Shown: piece after piece, positions 37,279 to 45,294 of the stretch
How positions within the stretch are numbered: position 1 is the stretch's first letter
Layout: each line of letters begins with the position of its first letter
NCBI GenBank assembly: GCA_963720545.1
Contig: OY970399.1
Coordinates: 1,760,001 to 1,824,000, forward strand
DNA length: 64,000 bases
DNA from: an uncultured Acidobacteriota bacterium
Lineage (GTDB): Bacteria > Acidobacteriota > Vicinamibacteria > Fen-336
Reading direction: 5' to 3'
Notes under the pieces: model-generated
What the model saw: only the letters and a program-made list of their open reading frames with translations
Told to the model about the DNA's origin: nothing
Databases searched by the model: none
Made by a program: the position numbers and the translations under genes

Positions 37279-38388
37279 GTGACCGACATCGGCGTGACCA
37301 TCGTCGGCGGCGGTGTCGTCGGCCTCGCCATCGCCGCGCGTCTCGCGCCGCGGCATCCCGATCTGGTGCTGGTGGAGCGCCGCGCGCGCCACGGACAGGA
37401 AACCTCGAGCCGCAACAGCGAGGTGATCCACGGCGGCATGTACTACCCCACCGGCTCGCTCAAGGCGCGGCTGTGCGTCGCGGGTTGCGCGCGCCTCTAT
37501 GAGATCGCCGACCGCCACTCGTTGCCGCACGCGCGCCTCGGCAAGTTCATCACCGCCGCGGACCGGGCGGAACTGGGGGCGCTCGAGGACATCTACGCGC
37601 GCGGCACCGCCAACGGCGTCGTCCTGGAACGGCTGAGCGCGGCGCAGACGCTGGCGCGCGAGCCGAACATCCGCAGCGCGGGATCGCTCTGGTCGCCCAA
37701 TTCCGGCGTCATCTCGGCCCACGACCTCATGGACCATTTCGCCGGCGCGGCGCGGCGTGCCGGCGCCACCTTCCTCTTCAACGCCACGCTCACAGAGCTC
37801 GAGCGCCGCGGCGGAGACTACCGCGTCGCGCTGCAGACGCCGGACGGCGCGGAATCGTTCACCAGCGAGCGCGTCATCAACGCCGCCGGACTCGACGCGG
37901 ACACGGTCGCGGCCCTCGCCGGCATCGACGTGGCGGCCGCGGACTACAGGCTGCACTGGTGCAAGGGCAGCTACTTCTCCGTGGGTGGCGCGCTCGCGAA
38001 GGTGGTGCGTTCGCTCATCTACCCCGTGCCGGACCGGATCAGCCTCGGCGTGCACGCGTTGCCCGACCTCGCCGGCCGGCTGCGCTTCGGGCCGGACACC
38101 GAGTACTTAACGGAGCGGCGCCAGGACTACCGGGTCCGCGACGACAAGCGCGCGGCCTTCGCGCGCTCGGTGCGGCGCATCGTGCCCCAGGTGCGCGACG
38201 AGGATCTCACGGCCGACACCAGCGGCATCCGCGCCAAGCTGCAGGGCCCGAACGACCCGCACCGCGACTTCGTGATCCGCGACGAGGCGGACCGTGGCCT
38301 GCCGGGGTTCATCAACCTGGTCGGCATCGACTCGCCGGGCCTGACGTCGTCGCCCGCGATCGCCGACCACGTGGCGGCGCTGCTGTAG
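37279..38388 (+). CDS. FAD-dependent oxidoreductase, L-2-hydroxyglutarate oxidase (LhgO)-like
   Basis: GGGVVG, ETSSRNSEVIHGG, KGSYF, LGVH, GIDSPGLTSS. Confidence 0.88.
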   Translation: MTDIGVTIVGGGVVGLAIAARLAPRHPDLVLVERRARHGQETSSRNSEVIHGGMYYPTGSLKARLCVAGCARLYEIADRHSLPHARLGKFITAADRAELGALEDIYARGTANGVVLERLSAAQTLAREPNIRSAGSLWSPNSGVISAHDLMDHFAGAARRAGATFLFNATLTELERRGGDYRVALQTPDGAESFTSERVINAAGLDADTVAALAGIDVAAADYRLHWCKGSYFSVGGALAKVVRSLIYPVPDRISLGVHALPDLAGRLRFGPDTEYLTERRQDYRVRDDKRAAFARSVRRIVPQVRDEDLTADTSGIRAKLQGPNDPHRDFVIRDEADRGLPGFINLVGIDSPGLTSSPAIADHVAALL

Positions 38389-38399
38389 CGCCGCTTCGC

Positions 38400-41090
38400 C
38401 TACTTGCCGCGCGGGCGGCTCAGCAGGTTCGCCAGCAAACGGTAGGCGCCCGGCGTCCCTGCGGGCAGCTGCCGCCACAGGCCGAGGCCGACGTAGGTCC
38501 ACGTGCCCTTGCCGAGCGCCGCTTCTGTGAGGATGCCCTTCTTCTCGCCGGGGTTCTTTGCAAAGGGATCCGCCGCAGCAAGCAGTTCCTTGTAGTGAGA
38601 ATCCTTCGCGCCGAAGAAATACAGCCCGCGCTCCTGCACCCAGCCACCGAAGTCGGCGGCGCCGATGGCGTTGGGCGTGGTGAACACCTCGTCCTTCGGG
38701 TCGAGGATTATCATCGGCGCGTCCTCGAGCGTGACCCGCTCGCCCGTGACCACCGCCGGATACGGGGCGTAGGGGCTCACCTCCGCCTTCACCCCGCCGA
38801 GCTCGTTGAACTCGAACTTGTTGTACTGCACCACCACGTTGCCGCCGTTCTTCGCGTAGTCGAGCAGGCGGCTGTTTGCGGCGACGAGGTCCTTGCGCGT
38901 CTGGTACGCGCGGATGCCGGTGACGATCGTCGTGTAGCGGCTGAGATCGCCGTAGGCGAGGTCGTCGGCCGAGAGGAACACGACCGGCAGGCCCAGCTGT
39001 TCGATGGCCGGCGGCACCTCGTCGCCGGCGCCGCGGATGTAAGCCACCTTCGCGAGCGGGTCCACCTTGACGTCCAGGACCTCGAGCCGCGCGCTTGCCG
39101 GGTGGAACAGGTGGCGCTCCTGGATGTGGTCGTAGGCGATCACCTGGTAGCCCTCGGTGTACTGCTTCTCCGCGGCCGTCACCACCGCCTTCACCTCGAG
39201 CGCGCCGGGCTTGCGCGCCAGCGGCGCGCTCACCGTGAAGCGCGTCACCGACTCCTCGCCCTCGAAGCGCAGCTCAACCTCGCGAGACGACGGCTCCACC
39301 TTGTAGCCGGGCGGCGCCTCGAGCTTCACCTCGGCGCTCAGCGGCTGCTTCGAATTGTTCAGCACCTTGACGCGGAACTCGCGCTTCGCGTCGCGCCCGA
39401 CGGCCGGGAGCACCGCGAGCTCGGGGGTCATCGACACCGACAGCACCGGCACCACGTTCAGGACCTTCTGCTTCTCGCCGCCCACCCACCGTCCTTCGTA
39501 GCGGATCATCGCGGGACGAACGAGTGTCGCGGCGGTGCCCGCCGCCTTGTAGGCAACGCGCAGCTGCACGTCGGGCGGGCTCCACGGCAACGGGAAGTCG
39601 GCCGGCACTTCGAGGTCCCAGCGGTCGGCGGCCGGGTTGCGCTTCCAGTAGGGCTGCGAAAAGCGCGCATCCGCAGCGACCGTCACCGTGAACTTGACCT
39701 CGGCGGAGGCGCCTGACGTGAGCGATGCCGGCAGCTCGCTGGCGCGCACCACGGTCCAGCCTGCGGGCGTCGTGAGCGCGACGTCGTCGAGCCCCATGTC
39801 TTCGGCGCCACGGTTCCAGACGCGGGCCGTGACGCCGAACGTCTGGCCAGGCGTCACGTCGCCGTCGTCGGCGATCGCCTCGATGTAGAGCCCCTGCGCC
39901 AGTGTCAGCGCCTTGCTGAAGTCCGCCTCCTTCCAGCGCAACCGGTCGCGCAGCTCAGCCTTGGCGTAGTCCGACAGCGCGCTCTGCTCGACGTACGCGA
40001 GCAGTTCGCGCACCGCGCGCAGGCCGGTGGCGAGCGCCGCGGTGGTGCGCTGCGGCGCGCGCTGGTCGAAGGCGGCGCCGGCCTTGGCGGCCGCCTGTTC
40101 CACGGTCGCGAGCCCGTCGGCGACGCGCCGCTCCTTCACGTACGCAAAGCGCGCGAGCGATGCGAGGCTCGTGTCGATGCCTTCAAAAAGGTCGAGGTCG
40201 CCGCTGCCGCCGGTGACCGAAGGTTCCGCGTCCACCAGCCGATAGACCGCATCGGTGCCGCCCCAGAAGCCGCGCTTCGGCTCGATGCCGAGGGGCACCA
40301 CCTGGCCGCTGCCCTGGCACTTGTGGGCGGTGCGCGAGAGCATGCCGTACTGGAAGTAGGTCGCGCCGAGGAGCGGGTCGTAGTCGCCGGTCGCAACCTT
40401 CGCGGTCACGCCCGCCTGGGCGTCCGCGGTGCCGCCGCCAACCCCGCCCTGGTAGATCTTGGCCGCCTGCCAGGGCCGCAGCCCGGCGGCGATCTGCTCG
40501 GGGAACCGTGCCGGATTGGCCGCGGCGCGAAACGCCTCGCGCGCCAGCTGCGCCGACGCCTGGTGGTGCTGTCCGCCGCCCTCGGCTTCGAGCGGCAGCG
40601 TCAGGATCACGTCGGGCCGGTACATGCGGATGACCTGGACGACGTCGCCGAGGATTTCTTCCTTGCCCCACTTCTCGAAGGTCTCCTCGACGCTGAACGA
40701 GTAGCCGAACTCGTAGGCGCGCGAGAAGTATTGCGCGGCGCCGTCGTAGCGATGCAGGTTCATGAGCTCTTCGGTGCGCAGGATGCCGAGCGCCTGGAAC
40801 AGCTCCGGGCCGATCTCGTTCTGGCCGCCGTCGCCGCGCGTCAGCGTCAGGAGCGCGGTGTCCATGCCGCGGCCGCGGTTCAGCTTGACGAGCACCGGGT
40901 TGTTCTCGTCGTCGGGATGCGCGGTGACGTAGAGGACGCGGCCGGTCGCCGAAAGGTGGCGCAGGGCGAGGCCGAGGCCGGTCGATCCCTGGTCCTGTGC
41001 GAGCGGCTCGAGCTGCGCCCACGACGTGGCGGGCGCGCCCGCGCAGCAGAAGAAAAGGAGCACACCCAGGGCCGGGATCCGTCTCAACAT
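38400..41090 (-). CDS. Exported PIG-L family deacetylase with Ig-like (NEW3-type) domains and a C-terminal GATase-like domain
   Basis: Signal peptide, AHPDDE, TRGDGGQN, QHHQ, PAGW, VVVQY, RLLANL. Confidence 0.85.
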   Translation of the reverse strand: MLRRIPALGVLLFFCCAGAPATSWAQLEPLAQDQGSTGLGLALRHLSATGRVLYVTAHPDDENNPVLVKLNRGRGMDTALLTLTRGDGGQNEIGPELFQALGILRTEELMNLHRYDGAAQYFSRAYEFGYSFSVEETFEKWGKEEILGDVVQVIRMYRPDVILTLPLEAEGGGQHHQASAQLAREAFRAAANPARFPEQIAAGLRPWQAAKIYQGGVGGGTADAQAGVTAKVATGDYDPLLGATYFQYGMLSRTAHKCQGSGQVVPLGIEPKRGFWGGTDAVYRLVDAEPSVTGGSGDLDLFEGIDTSLASLARFAYVKERRVADGLATVEQAAAKAGAAFDQRAPQRTTAALATGLRAVRELLAYVEQSALSDYAKAELRDRLRWKEADFSKALTLAQGLYIEAIADDGDVTPGQTFGVTARVWNRGAEDMGLDDVALTTPAGWTVVRASELPASLTSGASAEVKFTVTVAADARFSQPYWKRNPAADRWDLEVPADFPLPWSPPDVQLRVAYKAAGTAATLVRPAMIRYEGRWVGGEKQKVLNVVPVLSVSMTPELAVLPAVGRDAKREFRVKVLNNSKQPLSAEVKLEAPPGYKVEPSSREVELRFEGEESVTRFTVSAPLARKPGALEVKAVVTAAEKQYTEGYQVIAYDHIQERHLFHPASARLEVLDVKVDPLAKVAYIRGAGDEVPPAIEQLGLPVVFLSADDLAYGDLSRYTTIVTGIRAYQTRKDLVAANSRLLDYAKNGGNVVVQYNKFEFNELGGVKAEVSPYAPYPAVVTGERVTLEDAPMIILDPKDEVFTTPNAIGAADFGGWVQERGLYFFGAKDSHYKELLAAADPFAKNPGEKKGILTEAALGKGTWTYVGLGLWRQLPAGTPGAYRLLANLLSRPRGK

Positions 41091-41121
41091 GTTCCTGTCT
41101 CCAAAGCCAGGTTTGCTGCTG

Positions 41122-42273
41122 CTAGGTGCGATCGTCAAGCCTGATCGCGACGTTCAGGACCACGCGCAGGTTGACCGCCGTGGTGCCGGCGGGAACGCTG
41201 ACGTCGACCGGGATCATGACTTCGCGCTCGACGCCGCCCGGGGACACCGGCACCGCGGCGGTGTTGACCGGGACCGGCGTGGCGGGCCGCAACTGGCGCA
41301 GCTGCTCCTGCAGCACGCCGACGTCTTCGCCACTGCGCTCCAGCGTCTGCGCCGGATCGAGCGCGTTGACCGAGCCCGAGAGCGACACCTCGAGGGTGCT
41401 GGGCGGCGGTTGCGGCGCGAGCGTCGTCAGGTTCGGCGGCACCGCGACGTTCAGCGTGGTCGGTTCCTGCGCCACGTCCACGCGGATCGTCATCGGTCCC
41501 GAGTCCGCGGCAGCCCGGTCGCGGGCGACGGTGAGCGCCGCGGTCGGGTCGCGTTGCACGCGGCGCGCGCCGGTAGACAGCGGCTTCACCGGCTCGCTCG
41601 TCGGCGTGACGCGGATCGCGTCGGTCGGCTGGATGCGCTGCGGCCCGGTGACGGGTATCACCTCGACCGCCGGCGCGGCGGCGCCCGAGTACTTGGTGGA
41701 GAGGTAGCGGAACACCAGCGAGGTTGCGGCCTTCAGCGTCTGCTCGACGCCGTCGCCGCGGATCGCCACCGCCTCGATGAACGAGAGGTTCTTCGGGTTG
41801 AGGCGGTCGTTCAGGATCTCGACCGGCAGCGCGTTCGGCAAGTCGCGCTTGTTGTACTGGAACAGCAGCGGGATCGAATCGGGGACGATCTCGTTGGCCT
41901 CGAGGTTCTGCGCCAGGTTCTCGAGGCTCTCGATGTTGGGGTCGAGCATCGGCTCCTGGCTGTCGGCGACGAACACCACGCAGTCCGCGCCCTTCAGCAC
42001 CATGCGACGCGTGGCGTTGTAGAACACCTGGCCGGGCACGGTGTAGAGCTGCATGCGCGTGCGCATGCCGCGGATGTTGCCGAGCTCGATCGGCAGGAAG
42101 TCGAAGAACAGGGTCCGATCGGTCTCGGTGGCAAGGGAAAGCATCTTTCCCTTGTTCTTGATCGGCAGCTTGGTGTGGATCCACTGCAGGTTGGTGGTCT
42201 TGCCACACAGGCCGGGGCCGTAGTAGACGATCTTGGCGGTGAGCTCTTTGGTTGCGTAGTTAAAGAGGACCAT
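41122..42273 (-). CDS. MglA-like small GTPase with a ~190-aa C-terminal extension
   Basis: KIVYYGPGLCGKTTNL, DRTLFFDF, YTVPGQVFY, VFVADSQ, YNKRDL. Confidence 0.88.
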   Translation of the reverse strand: MVLFNYATKELTAKIVYYGPGLCGKTTNLQWIHTKLPIKNKGKMLSLATETDRTLFFDFLPIELGNIRGMRTRMQLYTVPGQVFYNATRRMVLKGADCVVFVADSQEPMLDPNIESLENLAQNLEANEIVPDSIPLLFQYNKRDLPNALPVEILNDRLNPKNLSFIEAVAIRGDGVEQTLKAATSLVFRYLSTKYSGAAAPAVEVIPVTGPQRIQPTDAIRVTPTSEPVKPLSTGARRVQRDPTAALTVARDRAAADSGPMTIRVDVAQEPTTLNVAVPPNLTTLAPQPPPSTLEVSLSGSVNALDPAQTLERSGEDVGVLQEQLRQLRPATPVPVNTAAVPVSPGGVEREVMIPVDVSVPAGTTAVNLRVVLNVAIRLDDRT

Positions 42274-42288
42274 TTAGGGAGCTTTCGG

Positions 42289-42338
42289 ATTCTAACCCCC
42301 AGCGGACGGAGAGCGGCTCGCTCCCCGGCGGGTAGAAT
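42289..42338. promoter_or_regulatory. Divergent TAGAAT -10 boxes (minus 42294-42289; plus 42333-42338)
   Basis: The same hexamer faces each of the two divergent genes. Confidence 0.45.
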
Positions 42339-42385
42339 CGTCGTGTTCGATACCCAAGCTTCCATCAAAGGGGGTCTTCTTGGTC

Positions 42386-42976
42386 ATGACGGCACTCACA
42401 CTAGGCGGGTTGGCGCTCCTGACGCTGGCGATGGCCCAGGCGGCCCAGGAGCCGGCCCCCGAGCCCACGCCGACGCCACCCACCGGCCCGCGCGTCGTGT
42501 TCGAGACCTCGGTGGGCACCATCAAGGTGGCGCTCGACGACGTGAAGGCGCCGAAGACCGTGGCCAACTTTCTCGCCTACGTCGCGGCGAAGCAGTACGA
42601 CGGCACCATTTTCCATCGCGTCATCCCGGGCTTCATGGTGCAGGCCGGCGGCATGACGCCGGACATGAACGAGAAGCCGACGCAGGCGCCGATCCGCAAC
42701 GAGGCGAGCAACGGGCTGCGCAACTCGCGCGGCACGCTCGCGATGGCGCGCACTTCCGACCCCGACAGCGCGACCGCGCAGTTCTTCATCAACACCAACG
42801 ACAACCATCGCCTCGACTACGGCATCGGCGGCGCCGGCTACGCGGTGTTCGGCATGGTGATCGAAGGCATGGAGGTGGTGGACAAGATCGAGGGCGTCAC
42901 CACCACCACGCGGGCACAGCACCAGAACGTGCCGGTCACGGCGATCACGATCACGCGCGCGTACGTAGCTCAGTAA
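42386..42976 (+). CDS. ppiA: Exported cyclophilin-type peptidyl-prolyl cis-trans isomerase
   Basis: Signal peptide; [32 protein letters not shown]. Confidence 0.92.
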   Translation: MTALTLGGLALLTLAMAQAAQEPAPEPTPTPPTGPRVVFETSVGTIKVALDDVKAPKTVANFLAYVAAKQYDGTIFHRVIPGFMVQAGGMTPDMNEKPTQAPIRNEASNGLRNSRGTLAMARTSDPDSATAQFFINTNDNHRLDYGIGGAGYAVFGMVIEGMEVVDKIEGVTTTTRAQHQNVPVTAITITRAYVAQ

Positions 42977-42995
42977 GCGGCCAGGGCAGGCGCCT

Positions 42996-44768
42996 TCAGT
43001 CGCCGCGGCGGAACGTCTGGCGGAACATCTGGCGGAAGCGCACCTTCACGCCGTTGCGGGTCGCGGGCTCGAACTTCCACTTGGCGATGCCCTCGACCGT
43101 GGCCTTGTCGAGGATCTCGCCGGCCGACTCCACCACCTTGACGTCGGCGGGACGGCCGTCGCGGTCGACGACGATCTCGACGCCGACCGTGCCTTGCAGC
43201 TTGAAGCGCTCCGCGTCGCGCGGGTACGAGATCGGCTCGCCGACGATGCGGCGCGGCGGCGTGATGCCGGGTCCCTCGACGTGGATCTCGTCGGGGTTCT
43301 CGATCGGCCGCACGTGCACCGGCTCGATGCTCGGCGCGGCCGCCACCACGGTGGTGACCGGTGTCGGTGCGGGGGCGGGTGAACGCGCCGGTGCCGCGGG
43401 TTTGGGCACCGGCTGCAGCCTGAAGAGCAACGGCGGGCTGCCGGCCAGCGGCTCGAGCGTGACTTCGGTGGACACGTGGCCGGCGAGCGCCAGCCTGATG
43501 GTGTGCGGGCCGGCGGCCAGGTCGGCAAGGTCGAGCGGCGACAGGCCGCGCTGCTCGTTGTCGACGAACACGCGGGCACCCGCGGGGACCGTCTCGACGC
43601 GCAGGCCGAGCGGCTGCGGCTGCACCGGCGGCTGCGGCAGCGCCTGCGGCAGCGCCGGCACCGCGACACCCAGGTAGCGCGCCGCCTGGTAGCCGCCGAG
43701 CACCAGGGCCAGCGCGCCCGCGGTCCACAGCAGCGGCTTGCGCAGCCGGCTCGGCGCGCGCGCCTCGCCCGTCTCGATGCCCGCGGTGCGCAGGTCGTGG
43801 GTCTCTTCGGGATCGGCGTTCGGCAGGCTGGTGCGCACGACGCGGCCCGAGGCGGTCGTCGAGGTCGCGATCACCCGGCCCGACGCCGTGCGGCGCGTTT
43901 CGCCGTCGGCGGCCCTGTTGCCGCGCAGCGCGCGCACGAAGTCGGCGCCGCTCTCGAAGCGTGCGTGCGGATCCTTGCTGAGCGCGCGCGCCATGACGCC
44001 GTCGATCGCGGGCGGCAGGCCCGGTTCACGGCTGGTTGGCGGCGGCGGGTCCACGTGCACCACCTGGAAGACGATCGAGGTGATCGCCTCGCCGGAAAAA
44101 GCCTTGGTGCCGGTGAGCATTTCGTAGGCGACGACCGCGAGCGAAAAGAGGTCGGCGCGCGGCGAGGCCTCGCTCGTCTGCACCTGCTCGGGCGCCATGT
44201 AGCAGGGCGAGCCGAGGAACATGCCGCTCGCCGTCATCACCGTGGACGAGAGGTGCGCGATGCCGAAGTCGGTGAGCTTCACGCGGCCGTCGGGCAGCAC
44301 CATGATGTTCGCCGGCTTGATGTCGCGGTGGATGATGCCCTGCTCGTGCGCGTAGTCGAGCGCCGCCGCCACCGGGTCGAGGATCGCCATCGCTTCGTCG
44401 AAGCCCAGCCGGCCGGTCTCCTGCAGGATCGACTGCAGGGTCTGCCCGTGCAGCAGCTCCATCACGAAGTAGTCCTCGCCGACGTCGTAGATCGTGACGA
44501 TGCTCGGGTGGCTGAGGGCGCCGGCCGCCTGGGCCTCGCGCCGGAAGCGCTTCAGGTACTCGTCGCGGCTCTCCGAGGTGAAGTTCTCGGGCCGCAGCGC
44601 CTTGATCGCGACCGTGCGATTGCCGAGCGGGTCGTAACCCTCGTAGATCCGGCCCATGGAACCCTCGCCGACGATGCCTCGGACCTCATAGCGGCCGAAG
44701 CTCATCGGCATCGGTTCGGAGACGGGCGTGGGATCGATCCGTTCTGCGCTGCGCAGCGCTTCAGTCAT
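42996..44768 (-). CDS. Ser/Thr protein kinase - TM - PEGA - Pro-rich linker - TonB C-terminal domain fusion
   Basis: VAIK, HRDIKPAN, DFG, YMAPE; TM LLWTAGALALVLGGY; PEGA (TVPAGARVFVD); YP..A..QGTV..IVVDRDG..KWKFEPA. Confidence 0.88.
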   Translation of the reverse strand: MTEALRSAERIDPTPVSEPMPMSFGRYEVRGIVGEGSMGRIYEGYDPLGNRTVAIKALRPENFTSESRDEYLKRFRREAQAAGALSHPSIVTIYDVGEDYFVMELLHGQTLQSILQETGRLGFDEAMAILDPVAAALDYAHEQGIIHRDIKPANIMVLPDGRVKLTDFGIAHLSSTVMTASGMFLGSPCYMAPEQVQTSEASPRADLFSLAVVAYEMLTGTKAFSGEAITSIVFQVVHVDPPPPTSREPGLPPAIDGVMARALSKDPHARFESGADFVRALRGNRAADGETRRTASGRVIATSTTASGRVVRTSLPNADPEETHDLRTAGIETGEARAPSRLRKPLLWTAGALALVLGGYQAARYLGVAVPALPQALPQPPVQPQPLGLRVETVPAGARVFVDNEQRGLSPLDLADLAAGPHTIRLALAGHVSTEVTLEPLAGSPPLLFRLQPVPKPAAPARSPAPAPTPVTTVVAAAPSIEPVHVRPIENPDEIHVEGPGITPPRRIVGEPISYPRDAERFKLQGTVGVEIVVDRDGRPADVKVVESAGEILDKATVEGIAKWKFEPATRNGVKVRFRQMFRQTFRRGD

Positions 44769-44918
44769 CTAGTTGCGGAGGACTCTTCAAAAAACGACAG
44801 CCCGTTAGAGGGACGAACGACAGCCAGTGTAAATACGGGAGCGGCGCAAGTCCACTATTCGCGGCGTTCCGGCCGCATTCGCCAGCTTGTCCGTGCTGTC
44901 ACCTATACCCGACTCCGC

Positions 44919-44939
44919 TATAGCCACTGTGGCTATAAT
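44919..44939 (+). promoter_or_regulatory. Perfect 9-1-9 inverted repeat TATAGCCAC-T-GTGGCTATA overlapping a TATAAT -10 (44934-44939); candidate PadR operator
   Basis: Read directly; the padR ATG follows 5 nt after the -10. Confidence 0.7.
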
Positions 44940-44944
44940 GGGCC

Positions 44945-45289
44945 ATGGCTCCCAAATCCCCGCCCCTGCCCGCCGCCACCTTCCACATCCTGCTGGCGCT
45001 CGTCGACGGCGAACGTCACGGGTATGCCGTCATGCGCGAGATCGAGGCGCGCACCGGCGGCGCGCTGCGGCTCAGCGCCGGCACGCTCTACCGCTCGATC
45101 CAGCGGATGCTCGAGCAGGACCTCATCAGCGAGACACGCGACAAGGACGCAGCGCAGCAAGGCGACGAACGCCGCCGTTATTACCGCATCACGGCGCTCG
45201 GCCTGCGCAGCGCCGAAGCCGAGACGGCGCGCATGTCCGACCTGGTGAAGATGGCGCGGGCGCGCGGCCTGGCGCCGCGGCGGGCATAG
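44945..45289 (+). CDS. PadR-family transcriptional regulator
   Basis: HILLAL, HGYAVM, GTLYRSI, RRYYRITALG. Confidence 0.92.
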   Translation: MAPKSPPLPAATFHILLALVDGERHGYAVMREIEARTGGALRLSAGTLYRSIQRMLEQDLISETRDKDAAQQGDERRRYYRITALGLRSAEAETARMSDLVKMARARGLAPRRA

Positions 45290-45294
45290 CGACG

